Positions 9,800 through 20,154 of a DNA stretch of 64,000 nucleotides are shown here, piece after piece (within the stretch, counting starts at the first letter, position 1; every line of letters begins with the position of its first letter). Source of the stretch: Nannocystis bainbridge. GTDB lineage: Bacteria; Myxococcota_A; Polyangia; Nannocystales; Nannocystaceae. The stretch lies in the NCBI RefSeq assembly GCF_028368995.1, contig NZ_JAQNDL010000005.1, positions 512,001 to 576,000 of the forward strand, read 5' to 3'. The notes below the pieces were generated by a model. The model searched no databases and was not told the origin of the DNA. It saw nothing but the letters and a program-made list of their open reading frames with translations. The position numbers and the translations under genes are program-made.

Positions 9800-10648
9800 T
9801 TATTTCTTCGGCGCGGGCTTCTGCCCCGGCGTCAGCTTGATGATGAAGGCCAGCGAGAACAGGTGATTGTTGTTGTCGGGGTCGCGCGGGCGGTGAATAT
9901 ACTGATTGAGGTAGCCGAACTCGACGCGCGCGGCCCGGGTCTCGTACGCCAGGCCGACGAAGATCCGGTTCTGATCGAACCCCGGCTCGGTGTAGGCCGT
10001 GCGGGCCAGGTGAAAGAAGAACTCGTCGTAGACCACCAGCTGCCACGGCGCATCTTTCTTGAAATTGACGGCCACGCGCAGCTGCTGGCGAAACCGGTGG
10101 GCCCAGCGGCCCATCCCGAGCGTCTGCGCCACCCCGTCGACGATGTCGTCGCTGCCGAGCCCGTGGGTGCGGATCCGGTGCTCCACGCGGTTGCGCCAGT
10201 TGATGTCGAGCCGGCCCTCCAGCGCCCAGCGCAGCGTCAACTGCTCGTAGATGCGGTGCTCGTCGACGTTGCGCGCGCGCGCGAACACCGGGTCGTCGAA
10301 GAAATCGGGCAACCAGATGTAACCCACGAACAGCCCGCCCCATTTGGCCCACATATAGCCGATCGCCGGGCGCACGACGGCGAACGTGTTGGGGTTCTGC
10401 CGCGTCTCGATCACATTCCCCGCCATGTCGCGGACGTATTGCAGCGGCGAGTTCATCCGCCGCAGATGAAAATCGAGCACCAGCCGCAGACCCTTGGCCT
10501 TGGCGTCGAGGTTGAGGTCGATCATCACCTGGTTCCAGATGCCCAGGTCCGGCTCGGACGGCGTGGTCGCGCTCGCCCGGCCGCCGCCGAACGCAGCGAC
10601 GCCGACGCCGACGACGAGCGGGAGCAGGCGCGAGGAGCGGCGAATCAT
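9800..10648 (-). CDS. DUF2490-like outer membrane beta-barrel protein
   Basis: Signal peptide; EHRIYEQ, RVEHR, GFDQNRIFVG, EFGYLNQY motifs. Confidence 0.85.
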   Translation of the reverse strand: MIRRSSRLLPLVVGVGVAAFGGGRASATTPSEPDLGIWNQVMIDLNLDAKAKGLRLVLDFHLRRMNSPLQYVRDMAGNVIETRQNPNTFAVVRPAIGYMWAKWGGLFVGYIWLPDFFDDPVFARARNVDEHRIYEQLTLRWALEGRLDINWRNRVEHRIRTHGLGSDDIVDGVAQTLGMGRWAHRFRQQLRVAVNFKKDAPWQLVVYDEFFFHLARTAYTEPGFDQNRIFVGLAYETRAARVEFGYLNQYIHRPRDPDNNNHLFSLAFIIKLTPGQKPAPKK

Positions 10649-10856
10649 GGCAGTCTCGGCGCGTGTCGACCCATAAGGCCCGACCCCGCGGCGACGCTCG
10701 CGGACCTCGCCCGCGCCGCGTCCGCAGCCCCGCCGAACGCAGAGATTGACCGCGCCCCGGACGCTGCGCAGCCACCGCTGGCCGGCCAAGCACGGGCAGA
10801 CGGCCGCACGCCGCCGACCCCGCACACCGGTGATTCACGCGACCGCCGCGGCGGGC

Positions 10857-11741
10857 TCAGCGAGCGGTCGCCGGCGCGACCGCGGGCGGATGCGCCGCGT
10901 GCTTGCCGTGCCCGATCTTGATGATGAAGTTCAGCGCGAACACATGGTTCAGCTGATCCGGATCATGGAAGCGGCGCACGTACTGATTGATATAGCCGAC
11001 CTCGACGCGCACCGGCTTGGTGTCGTAGCCGATGCCGACGAACGCCCGGTTCTGATCGAAGCCCCGCTCGGTCGTGAAGGCCGTGCGGTTGAGGTGAAAG
11101 AAGAACTCGTCCCAGACGATGAGCTGCCACGGCGCGTCTCTCTTGAAATGGACGGCGAACCGGATCTGCTGGCGAAACCGGTGGGCCCAGCGATCCAGCC
11201 CCTTGTGCTGCGGCTCGCCGTCGACGATGTCGTCGCTGCCCGGCCCGTGGGAGCGGATCCGGTGCTCGAGGCGGCTGCGCGCGCCGAGGTCGAAGCGGCC
11301 CTCTCGCTGCCAGCGCAGATTGAGCTGGGTGTAGATCCGGTGCTCGTCGACGTTCTTGACCCGCGCCACCGCGCGGTCGTCGAAGAAATCCGGCTGCCAC
11401 GCGTAGCCGAGGAACAGCCCGCCCCATTTGGCCCACATGTACCCGATCGCCGGTCGCACGATCGCCACCGTGTTCGGGTTCTGCCGCGTCTCCGCCACCG
11501 CCCCCGACGGATCCTTGATGTACTGCAGCGGCGCGTTCATCCGCCGCAGCTGCAGATCGAGCGCCAGCCGCAGCCCCTTCGCCCGCGCGTCGAGGTTGGC
11601 GTCGATGAGCACCTGACTCCACATCTCGAGGTCCGGCTCGGGCGGCGCTGCGGCCCGCGCCGGCACCCCGACGAGGACCGCGGCCAGGCCGATGGCGAGT
11701 TGGAGCGAACGCGAGGACAAGGATCGGCGGCGGCGAATCAT
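10857..11741 (-). CDS. DUF2490-like outer membrane beta-barrel protein (tandem paralog)
   Basis: Same motifs; clearly homologous to 9800-10648. Confidence 0.85.
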   Translation of the reverse strand: MIRRRRSLSSRSLQLAIGLAAVLVGVPARAAAPPEPDLEMWSQVLIDANLDARAKGLRLALDLQLRRMNAPLQYIKDPSGAVAETRQNPNTVAIVRPAIGYMWAKWGGLFLGYAWQPDFFDDRAVARVKNVDEHRIYTQLNLRWQREGRFDLGARSRLEHRIRSHGPGSDDIVDGEPQHKGLDRWAHRFRQQIRFAVHFKRDAPWQLIVWDEFFFHLNRTAFTTERGFDQNRAFVGIGYDTKPVRVEVGYINQYVRRFHDPDQLNHVFALNFIIKIGHGKHAAHPPAVAPATAR

Positions 11742-12839
11742 CGGAGTCACGGCGGAGTGCGGCGCTGACGAGACAAGGGCCCGGAGACGCGAGGACGGCG
11801 GTGACGTCGGCCGAGGGAGCCGGAGGAGCCGGCCGAACCGTCCGTTCGGCCCGCCTCCGGCCGGCGCGTCTCCGACTCCGACGCCCGCCTGCGCAGGCGC
11901 CGATCGCCGAAGCCCGTCGCCGCGGAGCGTGTTACGTCCAGGTCACGATCGTCACGGAGCGGGCCCGCGCGAGATCGGGCGAAAGCCCGTCGACGCCGGA
12001 GAATTCCGCCGTCCGACGCCGTCTCGCGGCAGCGGCGTCGGCGCGAAGGTGTCAGGCCGAGTTTGCAGAACGAAGGCTTTCTCGTCACACTTTCGTGACA
12101 AGCGCCGCCGACCACCTTGCCTGGGAGACCCGTGATTACACCCGTGGCATACGCCAATCGGGCCAGAACAGCATTCTGACGCACCGTACAGGTTCGTCAC
12201 ACGAATGACACAATCGCCGGGGCTGGCGGCGCCGCCCCTCGCACCGCCAGACCGCGCAGAACTTCGACGCGCAGGACCCTGCGACGAGCGGCGCATGGCG
12301 GCCGCCGGGCACCTGTGCCCGTGGCCCCCGCGGCCGCCGGTCCCCACCTCCGCGGTCGCGCCCCTCGCCGCCCGTGCCGAGCCCGCGCAGCAACGGTCGC
12401 CGCTTCCCGTCGCCCGCACGCGAATGCGTCGTTCGTCCGACTCCCACCATTCGCCTGACGCGACGCCGTCCGAACACCGCGCGCGACCCAGCGGCGCGCT
12501 CTCGAACAATGCGCATAGCAGCGCAGGCCGCGGCGCGGATCCCCGCCCTGGCGCCCGGCGGGCGCCCATGGGCGCCCGCCGGCCATTTTCGGCGGTGTGG
12601 AGCATCACGCAATCGCCAGAGCGTCGCCCCCCGATGCGTGGTCGCAGCATGATATGCATACCCGCAAGAACGACGCGCCAGCGCTCCGGCGAGGGTGTGC
12701 GCTTTCGTCGGGCCAGGCGCTCCAGCGAGCCTCGCACAGGCCCTTGCGAAGCCGGGTTCGTCCATGCGCAAGGGCGTACTCTTGGGCCCGCCATTTCGTG
12801 AAATCGCCGGTCGCTCCTCACTCGACAGAAAGGTCATCG

Positions 12840-14576
12840 ATGTCCGCGAATCTGATCCTCAAGGCTGCCAGCATCATCACGATGGACCCGGCCAGGCCGC
12901 GCGCCGAGGCCGTCGCCCTCGACACCACGACCGGCACGATCGCGGCCGTCGGCTCGCTCGCAGAAGTCCAGGCCGCGACCCCCGGCGCCCCCGTCGAGGA
13001 CCTGGGCAGGGCGGTGCTGATGCCCGGCTTCATCGATCCGCACAGCCACCCGCTGAACGGCGGCATGGTGACCCAGGCGCCGGCATACTGGATCGCGCCC
13101 TACCACGACGCTCCCAAGTACGCGACCTTCGCCGCCGTCCAGGCGTTCTGGAAGCAACTCGACGCCTCCCTCCCTGCCGATCAGCCGGTCGTCTGCAACG
13201 GCCTCGATCGGCTGCTCCAGGGCGCGCCCGAGCTCGACAACACCGATCTCGACGCTTTCTTCCCCACCCGCCTCGCGGTGGTCCTCGACAACTCCGGACA
13301 CGAGGCCTACTTCAACAGCGCCGTCATTCGCGCCAATTGGCCCGACGGCAAGCCGCCGGCAGATCCGACCGGCGCACGATATGGTCGCAACCAAGACGGC
13401 ACCTCGAACGGCCGCGCCTACGAGACCGCCGCCATCTTCGCGGCCGTCGGCAAGGTGCTCACGCAGGCGATCCCCAACCCGCTGCGATCCGGCGCGCTCT
13501 GGTACAAGCTGATGGCCGAAAATGGCATCACCATGACCACCGAGCACACCTACCAGACGGACCTGCTCAAGGGCTACATCGCCCTGTCCGCGGTGCCCGA
13601 CTCGCCGCTGCGCCTGGCCATGTACCACATGTCGATCGAGGCCGACTGCGGCGATCCGGTCGACACCGCGCCCGCGCCGAAGGATCGGCTGTGGAAGCAG
13701 GGCATCAAGCTCTGGGCCGACGGCTCGCCATGGGTCGGCACCATCGCCTCCTCGTTCCCCTACCTCGACAACGAGACGATCCGGAACGCCAAGATCCCGA
13801 TCGGCCCCGGCGGCGAGTCGATGCTCAACTACTCGCGCGCCGAGCTCGACCAGATCCTCGACCAGTTCACCCCGCTCGGTTGGCAGTTCGCCTTCCACTG
13901 CAACGGCGACGTCGGGCTCGACGTCGTCCTCGACGCCTACGCCCGCGCCCTCGCCAACCACGGCCTGCTCGGCATCGATCATCGCTGGCGCGTCGAGCAC
14001 TGCGGCGGCTGCCGCGGCGATCAGTTCGTGCGCGCCGCGGCGCTCGGCGTCACCATCTCGCTGCCGCCGTTCCAGTTCATCTACTGGGGCGACCTGCTCG
14101 ACGGCACCATGTTCCCGTCCAACATCGGCAGCCAGTGGGTGCGGGCCGGCGACGCGGTCAAGTCGGGCACGCCGGTCACCTTCCACAACGACGGCTGCGT
14201 CAGCCCGCCCGTCCCGCTGCTCAACATCCAGGCCATGGTCACGCGGCGCACCCCCTCCGGCGCCGTGCACGGCCCGGAGCAGGCGGTGAGCCTGCACGAC
14301 GCCCTGAAGGCCCACACCGTGCACGCCGCCTGGCAGCTGCGGCGCGAGCACGACCTCGGCTCGATCGCCGTCGGCAAGCTGGCGGACTTCGTCGAGCTCT
14401 CCGCCGATCCGTACACCGCCGACATCGAAAAACTCACCGATCAGGTCCAGGTGCGCGGCACCTGGTCCGGCGGCAAGAAGGTCGACCTGCGCGCCTTCAT
14501 CCTCCAGATCGAAGCCCTCGAGGCGAGCGAGCACCAGCACCTGGTCCTCCGCGCGGTCCACAAGCGCTGCTGCTGA
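12840..14576 (+). CDS. Amidohydrolase (YtcJ-like, Amidohydro_3)
   Basis: PGFIDPHSHP, KLWADGS, FHCNGD, RVEH, GSIAVGKLADFV; RBS agaaagg. Confidence 0.92.
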   Translation: MSANLILKAASIITMDPARPRAEAVALDTTTGTIAAVGSLAEVQAATPGAPVEDLGRAVLMPGFIDPHSHPLNGGMVTQAPAYWIAPYHDAPKYATFAAVQAFWKQLDASLPADQPVVCNGLDRLLQGAPELDNTDLDAFFPTRLAVVLDNSGHEAYFNSAVIRANWPDGKPPADPTGARYGRNQDGTSNGRAYETAAIFAAVGKVLTQAIPNPLRSGALWYKLMAENGITMTTEHTYQTDLLKGYIALSAVPDSPLRLAMYHMSIEADCGDPVDTAPAPKDRLWKQGIKLWADGSPWVGTIASSFPYLDNETIRNAKIPIGPGGESMLNYSRAELDQILDQFTPLGWQFAFHCNGDVGLDVVLDAYARALANHGLLGIDHRWRVEHCGGCRGDQFVRAAALGVTISLPPFQFIYWGDLLDGTMFPSNIGSQWVRAGDAVKSGTPVTFHNDGCVSPPVPLLNIQAMVTRRTPSGAVHGPEQAVSLHDALKAHTVHAAWQLRREHDLGSIAVGKLADFVELSADPYTADIEKLTDQVQVRGTWSGGKKVDLRAFILQIEALEASEHQHLVLRAVHKRCC

Positions 14577-14799
14577 TCGTCGGCATCGCCAGCCGAGGTC
14601 GTCCGGTTCGTCGTCCGTCCCGACGGCCGCCCTTCGCTGAAGGGAGCTTCGACGGGTCGGTCGGCGGCCGGTTGCTCGCCCGCGTTCGCCCGCGGCCGCC
14701 GGTGCGGCTGCCCCTGCTTCGGGGGCCGCGCAGCGCTCATGGCGAACCCCTGAACGGCGTCTGGGCACCCGCACGCTTGACAGGCCCTGCCCGTCGCCC

Positions 14800-15276
14800 A
14801 TGGTCTTCGACGTGTCACTGCCCCCCGACTCCCAGGAAGCATTGATCACACTGTTTCGCGGCGAGGCCACCGCCGTCGAAGCCTACGCTCGTGCGCTGGA
14901 GAAGTTCGCAGGTCAGCCCGAGGAGCCGACGCTCGGGGAGATCGCGGCCGGGCACCGTGAGGCGGCGGCGCGCCTCGAGACCGAGCTCAAACGCCAAGGC
15001 ATCGTCGTCCCGGAGGGTCCTGGGCCCTGGGGCGTCATATTCAACGCGCTCGGGTCGCTGACCGCCCTGGTCAATGACGAGGTCCCGCTGCAGATGCTGC
15101 AACGCGGCGAGGAGAGCGGGGTCGCCATGCACGAACAGGCCCTCGCGGCGGGCGGGTTCTCGCCCGACCTCCTGCGTCGGATACGCGACGGCATGGACCG
15201 CTGCCAGCGAAACGGCGAGCGCCTCCAGGGCCTGCGCGACGTGATCACCACGCGACCCACGCGCCCGATGATCTGA
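14800..15276 (+). CDS. Ferritin-like four-helix bundle protein (DUF2383/PA2169-like)
   Basis: GEATAVEAY..H..L..GPWG..LQRGEESG pattern; start could be GTG 14812. Confidence 0.7.
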   Translation: MVFDVSLPPDSQEALITLFRGEATAVEAYARALEKFAGQPEEPTLGEIAAGHREAAARLETELKRQGIVVPEGPGPWGVIFNALGSLTALVNDEVPLQMLQRGEESGVAMHEQALAAGGFSPDLLRRIRDGMDRCQRNGERLQGLRDVITTRPTRPMI

Positions 15277-15544
15277 CAGTGACAGTCGCTCTCGGGCGAC
15301 TCGATGGCTCCCCAATGGCCAACGCATGACTTGAACTCCCAATATCAACACTCTGGCCGCTCCGAGCGCCCGGCATCCGGCCAGGGCCGCGCGGCGCCGG
15401 GAGCAGCGAGCGCCTGCCCCGCCTCGGCCTCGGCCGGCCCGCGTGCGCCGACTCGCACGCGGAAAGCCTCGCCGGGCCCCGAATCGGCCCTGCGCCGGGC
15501 CCTGCGGGCTTGAAGCAGGCGGGCCCGCTCGGTACACCAGGATC

Positions 15545-18193
15545 ATGACCGAGGCCAAGCCTGCGCCGCAGCCGATCTTCCGCAAGGACTACCGCCGCCC
15601 CGATTACACCATCGACCGGGTCGACCTGCGGTTCGAGCTCGGCGAGGAGGTCTCGCGCGTGCACGCCACCCTCTCGATGCGGCGCACCGACGCCGCCGCC
15701 GCCGCCGCTCCGCTGGTGCTCGACGGCGAGAACCTCGTGCTCGTGCGCGTCGCCCTCGACGGGCGCGAGCTCTCGGCCGGCGACTACGACCTCGGTCCCA
15801 CCACCCTCACGATCCGCGACCCCGGGGCCGAGTTCACCCTCTCGACCCTCGTCGAGATCCGGCCCCAGGACAACCTCGAGCTCTCGGGCCTCTATCGCTC
15901 GAGCGGCAACTTCTGCACCCAGTGCGAGGCCGAGGGCTTCCGCCGGATCACCTACTTCCTCGATCGCCCCGATGTCATGGCCCGCTACAGCGTCGTCGTC
16001 GAGGCCGACCGCGCCAAGTGTCCCGTCCTGCTCGCCAACGGCAACCGCGTCGCCACCGGCGAGCTGCCTGACGGCCGCCACTTCGCCCGCTGGGACGACC
16101 CGTGGCCCAAGCCCAGCTACTTGTTCGCCCTCGTCGCCGGCGACCTGCGCTGCTTCCCCGGCGACTTCGTGACCCGCTCGGGCCGCACCGTCCGCCTCGA
16201 GATCTGGGTCGAGGCCGAGAACATCGACCGCTGCGCCCACGCCCTGCGCTCGCTGCAGGCCTCGATGCGCTGGGACGAGGAGACCTTCGGCCGCGAGTAC
16301 GACCTCGACATCTACATGATCGTCGCCGTCAGCGACTTCAACATGGGGGCCATGGAGAACAAGGGCCTCAACGTCTTCAACGCCAAGTACGTGCTCGCGC
16401 GGCCCGACACTGCCACCGACGACGACTACGACGGCATCGAGTCGGTCATCGCCCACGAGTATTTCCACAACTGGACCGGCAACCGCGTCACCTGCCGCGA
16501 CTGGTTCCAGCTCACCCTCAAGGAGGGCCTCACCGTCTTCCGCGACCGCCTGTTCAGCGCCGACATGGGCTCGCCCGCGGTCGCGCGGATCGGCGACGTC
16601 CTGGGCCTGCGCACCAATCAGTTCGCCGAGGACAGCGGCCCGATGGCCCACCCGATCCGGCCCGAGTCGTACATCGAGATGAACAACTTCTACACCACCA
16701 CGGTGTACGAGAAGGGCGCCGAGGTCATCGGCATGATGCGCACCCTCCTCGGCGAGGCTGGTTTCCGCCGCGGCATGGACCTCTACTTCGAGCGTCACGA
16801 CGGCCAGGCCGTCACCTGCGACGACTTCCGCGCCGCCCTCGCCGACGCCAACGGCCGCGACCTCGAGCAATTCGGCCGCTGGTACAGCCAGGTCGGCACC
16901 CCGATCGTGCGCGCCCGCGGCGACTACGACGCCGCCGCGCGCAGCTACACCCTCACCCTCGAGCAGGCCCCGCCGCGCGGCAAGCCGGCCGCCGAGCTGC
17001 TGCACATCCCGGTCGCCGTCGGCCTGCTCGGGCCGGACGGTCCGCTCCCGCTCAAGCTGTCCGGAGAGACAGCCGCGAGCGGCGACGGCACCCGCGTGCT
17101 CGAGCTGCGCGAGCGCAGCCAGAGCTTCCGCTTCGAGGAGGTCCTGGCCGCCCCCGTGGCCTCGCTGCTGCGCGGCTTCTCGGCCCCCGTCGAGCTCGAG
17201 GTCGAGCGCAGCGACGCCGACCTCGCCCGCCTCATGGCCGCCGACCCCGACGCCTTCTCGCGCTGGGACGCCGGCCAGGAGCTCGGCCGCCGCGTCCTCC
17301 TGCGGCTCGCCGCCGATGTCGAGGCCGCCCGCCCGCTCGCCCTCGATCCCGCCTTCGTGGCCGCCTGCGCGCAGATCCTCGCCGACCCGAACCTCGACGG
17401 CTCGCTCAAGGCCCTGGCGCTGACCCTGCCCAACGAGCGGCTGCTCGGCCAGCACCAGCAGGTCGTCGCCGTCGACGCCCTCCACGAGGCCCGCGAGTTC
17501 GCCGTCAAGGCCCTCGCCACCGCCCTGCGCGAGCCCCTGCTCGCCATCTATCACAGCAGCGCGCCGCAGGGCGTCTACCGCATCGAGCGCGCCGAGGTCG
17601 ACCGCCGCAAGCTCCGCAACCTCGCGCTCGCCTACCTCGTCACCCTCGGCGAGCCCGAGCTCGTCGGCCTCGCGGTTTCGCAATTCCACCTCGCCGACAA
17701 CATGACCGACAGCGAGGCCGCCCTCGCCTGCCTCATCGATCACGGCGGCCCCGAGCGCGACGCCGTCCTCGCCGAGTTCCACCGCCGCTGGCACAAGGAC
17801 CCGCTCGTGCTCGACAAGTGGTTCGCGCTGCAGGCCGTCTCGAGCCACCCCGACACGCTCGAGCGCGCCATCCTGCTCGCCGACCACCCCGACTTCAACC
17901 TGCTCAACCCCAACCGCGCCCGCTCCCTCATCGGCGTGTTCGGCCTGCGCAACCAGCATCAATTCCATCGCAAGGACGGCCGCGGCCACGCCCTCGTCGC
18001 CGACAAGGTGCTCGCCCTCGACCCGCACAACCCCCAGGTCGCCGCCCGCCTGGTCGCCGCCTTCAACCCCTGGCGCCGCTTCGACGCCGCGCGTCAGCAC
18101 AGCATGCGCGCCCAGCTCGAGCGCATCGCGGCGCAGCCCGGCCTCTCCAAGTCGGTGCGCGAGATCGTCGACCGCGCCCTCGCGCCGGCGTGA
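15545..18193 (+). CDS. pepN: Aminopeptidase N
   Basis: CTQCEAEGFRRIT, GAMENKGLN, HEYFHNWTGNRVTCRDWFQL, NPNRARSL. Confidence 0.98.
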   Translation: MTEAKPAPQPIFRKDYRRPDYTIDRVDLRFELGEEVSRVHATLSMRRTDAAAAAAPLVLDGENLVLVRVALDGRELSAGDYDLGPTTLTIRDPGAEFTLSTLVEIRPQDNLELSGLYRSSGNFCTQCEAEGFRRITYFLDRPDVMARYSVVVEADRAKCPVLLANGNRVATGELPDGRHFARWDDPWPKPSYLFALVAGDLRCFPGDFVTRSGRTVRLEIWVEAENIDRCAHALRSLQASMRWDEETFGREYDLDIYMIVAVSDFNMGAMENKGLNVFNAKYVLARPDTATDDDYDGIESVIAHEYFHNWTGNRVTCRDWFQLTLKEGLTVFRDRLFSADMGSPAVARIGDVLGLRTNQFAEDSGPMAHPIRPESYIEMNNFYTTTVYEKGAEVIGMMRTLLGEAGFRRGMDLYFERHDGQAVTCDDFRAALADANGRDLEQFGRWYSQVGTPIVRARGDYDAAARSYTLTLEQAPPRGKPAAELLHIPVAVGLLGPDGPLPLKLSGETAASGDGTRVLELRERSQSFRFEEVLAAPVASLLRGFSAPVELEVERSDADLARLMAADPDAFSRWDAGQELGRRVLLRLAADVEAARPLALDPAFVAACAQILADPNLDGSLKALALTLPNERLLGQHQQVVAVDALHEAREFAVKALATALREPLLAIYHSSAPQGVYRIERAEVDRRKLRNLALAYLVTLGEPELVGLAVSQFHLADNMTDSEAALACLIDHGGPERDAVLAEFHRRWHKDPLVLDKWFALQAVSSHPDTLERAILLADHPDFNLLNPNRARSLIGVFGLRNQHQFHRKDGRGHALVADKVLALDPHNPQVAARLVAAFNPWRRFDAARQHSMRAQLERIAAQPGLSKSVREIVDRALAPA

Positions 18194-18318
18194 CGCCGGA
18201 GCGCGTCGCCGCAGCGTGGTGACCCGGCCTCACGCGCGGCGGCCAGCGGCGCCGCGCGATGTCGGGGCGCTTCCGGCAATCACCGGCCTGCCATGATTCG
18301 TAGCGACGGGCCGCGGAT

Positions 18319-19563
18319 TCATGCCTCGCGGGCCGCTGCGTCCCACACGAGCGGCAGGCGCTCGTAGCCTCGCAGGAGGATGAACGCTCGGCGCTCCACC
18401 GGCCGCCTCGGATCGAGGCGCACGCCGGGCAGGCGCTTCAGCAAGCGTTCGAACGCGATACGGCCCTCGAGCCGCGCGAGCGCGTTGCCGACGCAGAAAT
18501 GAATGCCCTTCGAGAACGCCAGGTGCGGGGTCGCGGGGCGGCGCCGGATGTCGAACACGTCCGGGTCGGGGTACACGTCCTCGTCGCGGTTCGCCGAGCC
18601 GTACAGCAGGAACAGCCGCGCCTCGGCCGGCAGCGATACGCCCGCGAACGTGGTGTCGACGCGCACGCGGCGAAACATCCCGCGCACGGGTGCCTCCATG
18701 CGCAAGATCTCGTCGACCGCGTCGGGCACCAGCGACGGGTCGGCGCGCAGGGCCGCCAGCTGCTCGGGGTGCGCGATGAGCAGCGTCATGCCGTGGCCGA
18801 TCATGTCGGTGGTCGTCTCGTGCCCCGCGGCGAGCAGGTCGATCGCGTTGCTCACCGCCTCCTGCATCGTCAGCGGCGCCGTGCCGCCGATGTCGATCGG
18901 CGCGAGCAGGGTCAGCAGGTCCTCGCGCGGCTCGTCGACCCGGGCCTCGATGTGCCCGCCGAAGTAGCGCTGCAGGTCCACGAACTCGCGCGCGCACGCG
19001 GCCAGCAGCGCCGGCGGGGCGGCCCCCGCGAGCAGGATCTGCTTGGCGTTCGACCCACTCTTGAGCCGCGGCAGATCGGACCGTGGGACCCCGAGCAGCT
19101 CGCCGATCACCGCGCCGGGCAGCGGGAACGCAAAGCGCTCGATCAGCTCGACCTCGCCGTCGCCGACGAACCCGTCGATCAGCTCGTCGGCGATCGCGCG
19201 GACCTTCGGCTCGAGCGCCGCGACCCGCTGCGGCGACAGGGCTTTGCCGAAGACGTTGCGCACGCGCGTATGGTCGGGCGGGTCGCTCTGCACCAGCGAC
19301 TGGAACTCCAGATAGCCGGTCCGCAGGATGTCCATCACCTCGTCCGGGAACACCGCCGAGGACTCGAGCGCGCCGGCCGAGGAGAACCGCTCGGTGTCGC
19401 GGGCGACCGCGACGATGTCGGCATGACGGGTCACGACCCACGCGCCGAGGCTCTCGGCGAAGAACACGGGCTGCTCGCGGCGCGCCCGGGCGTACAGGGG
19501 ATACGGATCGACGACCTGATCCGGCGCCATGGGATTGAAGGTTGTGCTGAGCTCCGCGGCCAT
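18319..19563 (-). CDS. Cytochrome P450
   Basis: DPPDHTRVR, AGHETT, EILR, SANRD, FSKGIHFCVG heme motif. Confidence 0.97.
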   Translation of the reverse strand: MAAELSTTFNPMAPDQVVDPYPLYARARREQPVFFAESLGAWVVTRHADIVAVARDTERFSSAGALESSAVFPDEVMDILRTGYLEFQSLVQSDPPDHTRVRNVFGKALSPQRVAALEPKVRAIADELIDGFVGDGEVELIERFAFPLPGAVIGELLGVPRSDLPRLKSGSNAKQILLAGAAPPALLAACAREFVDLQRYFGGHIEARVDEPREDLLTLLAPIDIGGTAPLTMQEAVSNAIDLLAAGHETTTDMIGHGMTLLIAHPEQLAALRADPSLVPDAVDEILRMEAPVRGMFRRVRVDTTFAGVSLPAEARLFLLYGSANRDEDVYPDPDVFDIRRRPATPHLAFSKGIHFCVGNALARLEGRIAFERLLKRLPGVRLDPRRPVERRAFILLRGYERLPLVWDAAAREA

Positions 19564-19767
19564 GGTGGCAGACTACCGCCGACGCCGCTCCGAAGGAACG
19601 CGCGGACCTGCGCGCTCCGCCGCGCGCTCCCGGCTGGCCGCAGGGCCTTCAGCCACGGACAGGCGCGCAGACGGCCTTTGAAGTCGTTCGATCGCTCGGC
19701 TATCGTGGCCAGACGACGATCGCCACGCTCCTCTCGAGCCGCGGATTCGTGCGCATTGGATTGTGAC

Positions 19768-20097
19768 ATGGCGAAAAAAGACAAGTGTTGCGTGGACCCG
19801 GACGACGTACGCGTCATCACCTGCGAAGGCCCGTGGCTGTCGCAGCAGACGCCGATCTACGCCGTGCCTGCCGGCAAGCTGTTCGTGCTGACGGCCTGGA
19901 CCGTGCACGCCTGGAGCGTCGGCGACATCAGCCTGTACCGCGGCGGCGCGCTGGTGGCCTTCATGCGGACCGTGGGCGGTGGGTCCGGGCATCAAGTCTA
20001 CCCGGACGGCATCGTCTTCGCCGCGGGGCAGACCATCGCCGGCAACATGGTCAACGGCGGCCTGCACCTGCTCTACGGCCGCGAAATCGACGCCTGA
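19768..20097 (+). CDS. Small hypothetical protein
   Basis: 109-aa ORF MAKKDKCC..YAVPAGKLFVLT with GC3-biased codons. Confidence 0.65.
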   Translation: MAKKDKCCVDPDDVRVITCEGPWLSQQTPIYAVPAGKLFVLTAWTVHAWSVGDISLYRGGALVAFMRTVGGGSGHQVYPDGIVFAAGQTIAGNMVNGGLHLLYGREIDA

Positions 20098-20154
20098 CCC
20101 GGCAGCGGGCCTGCCGACCGCACCTGTCCCTCCGCCGCGAATTCTGGCACCCTC

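Noticed and set aside
15245-18100. 951-aa minus-strand ORF and many similar long antisense or off-frame ORFs
   Set aside because: Shadow ORFs of real genes caused by high GC; Arg/Pro/Gly-rich with no motifs.
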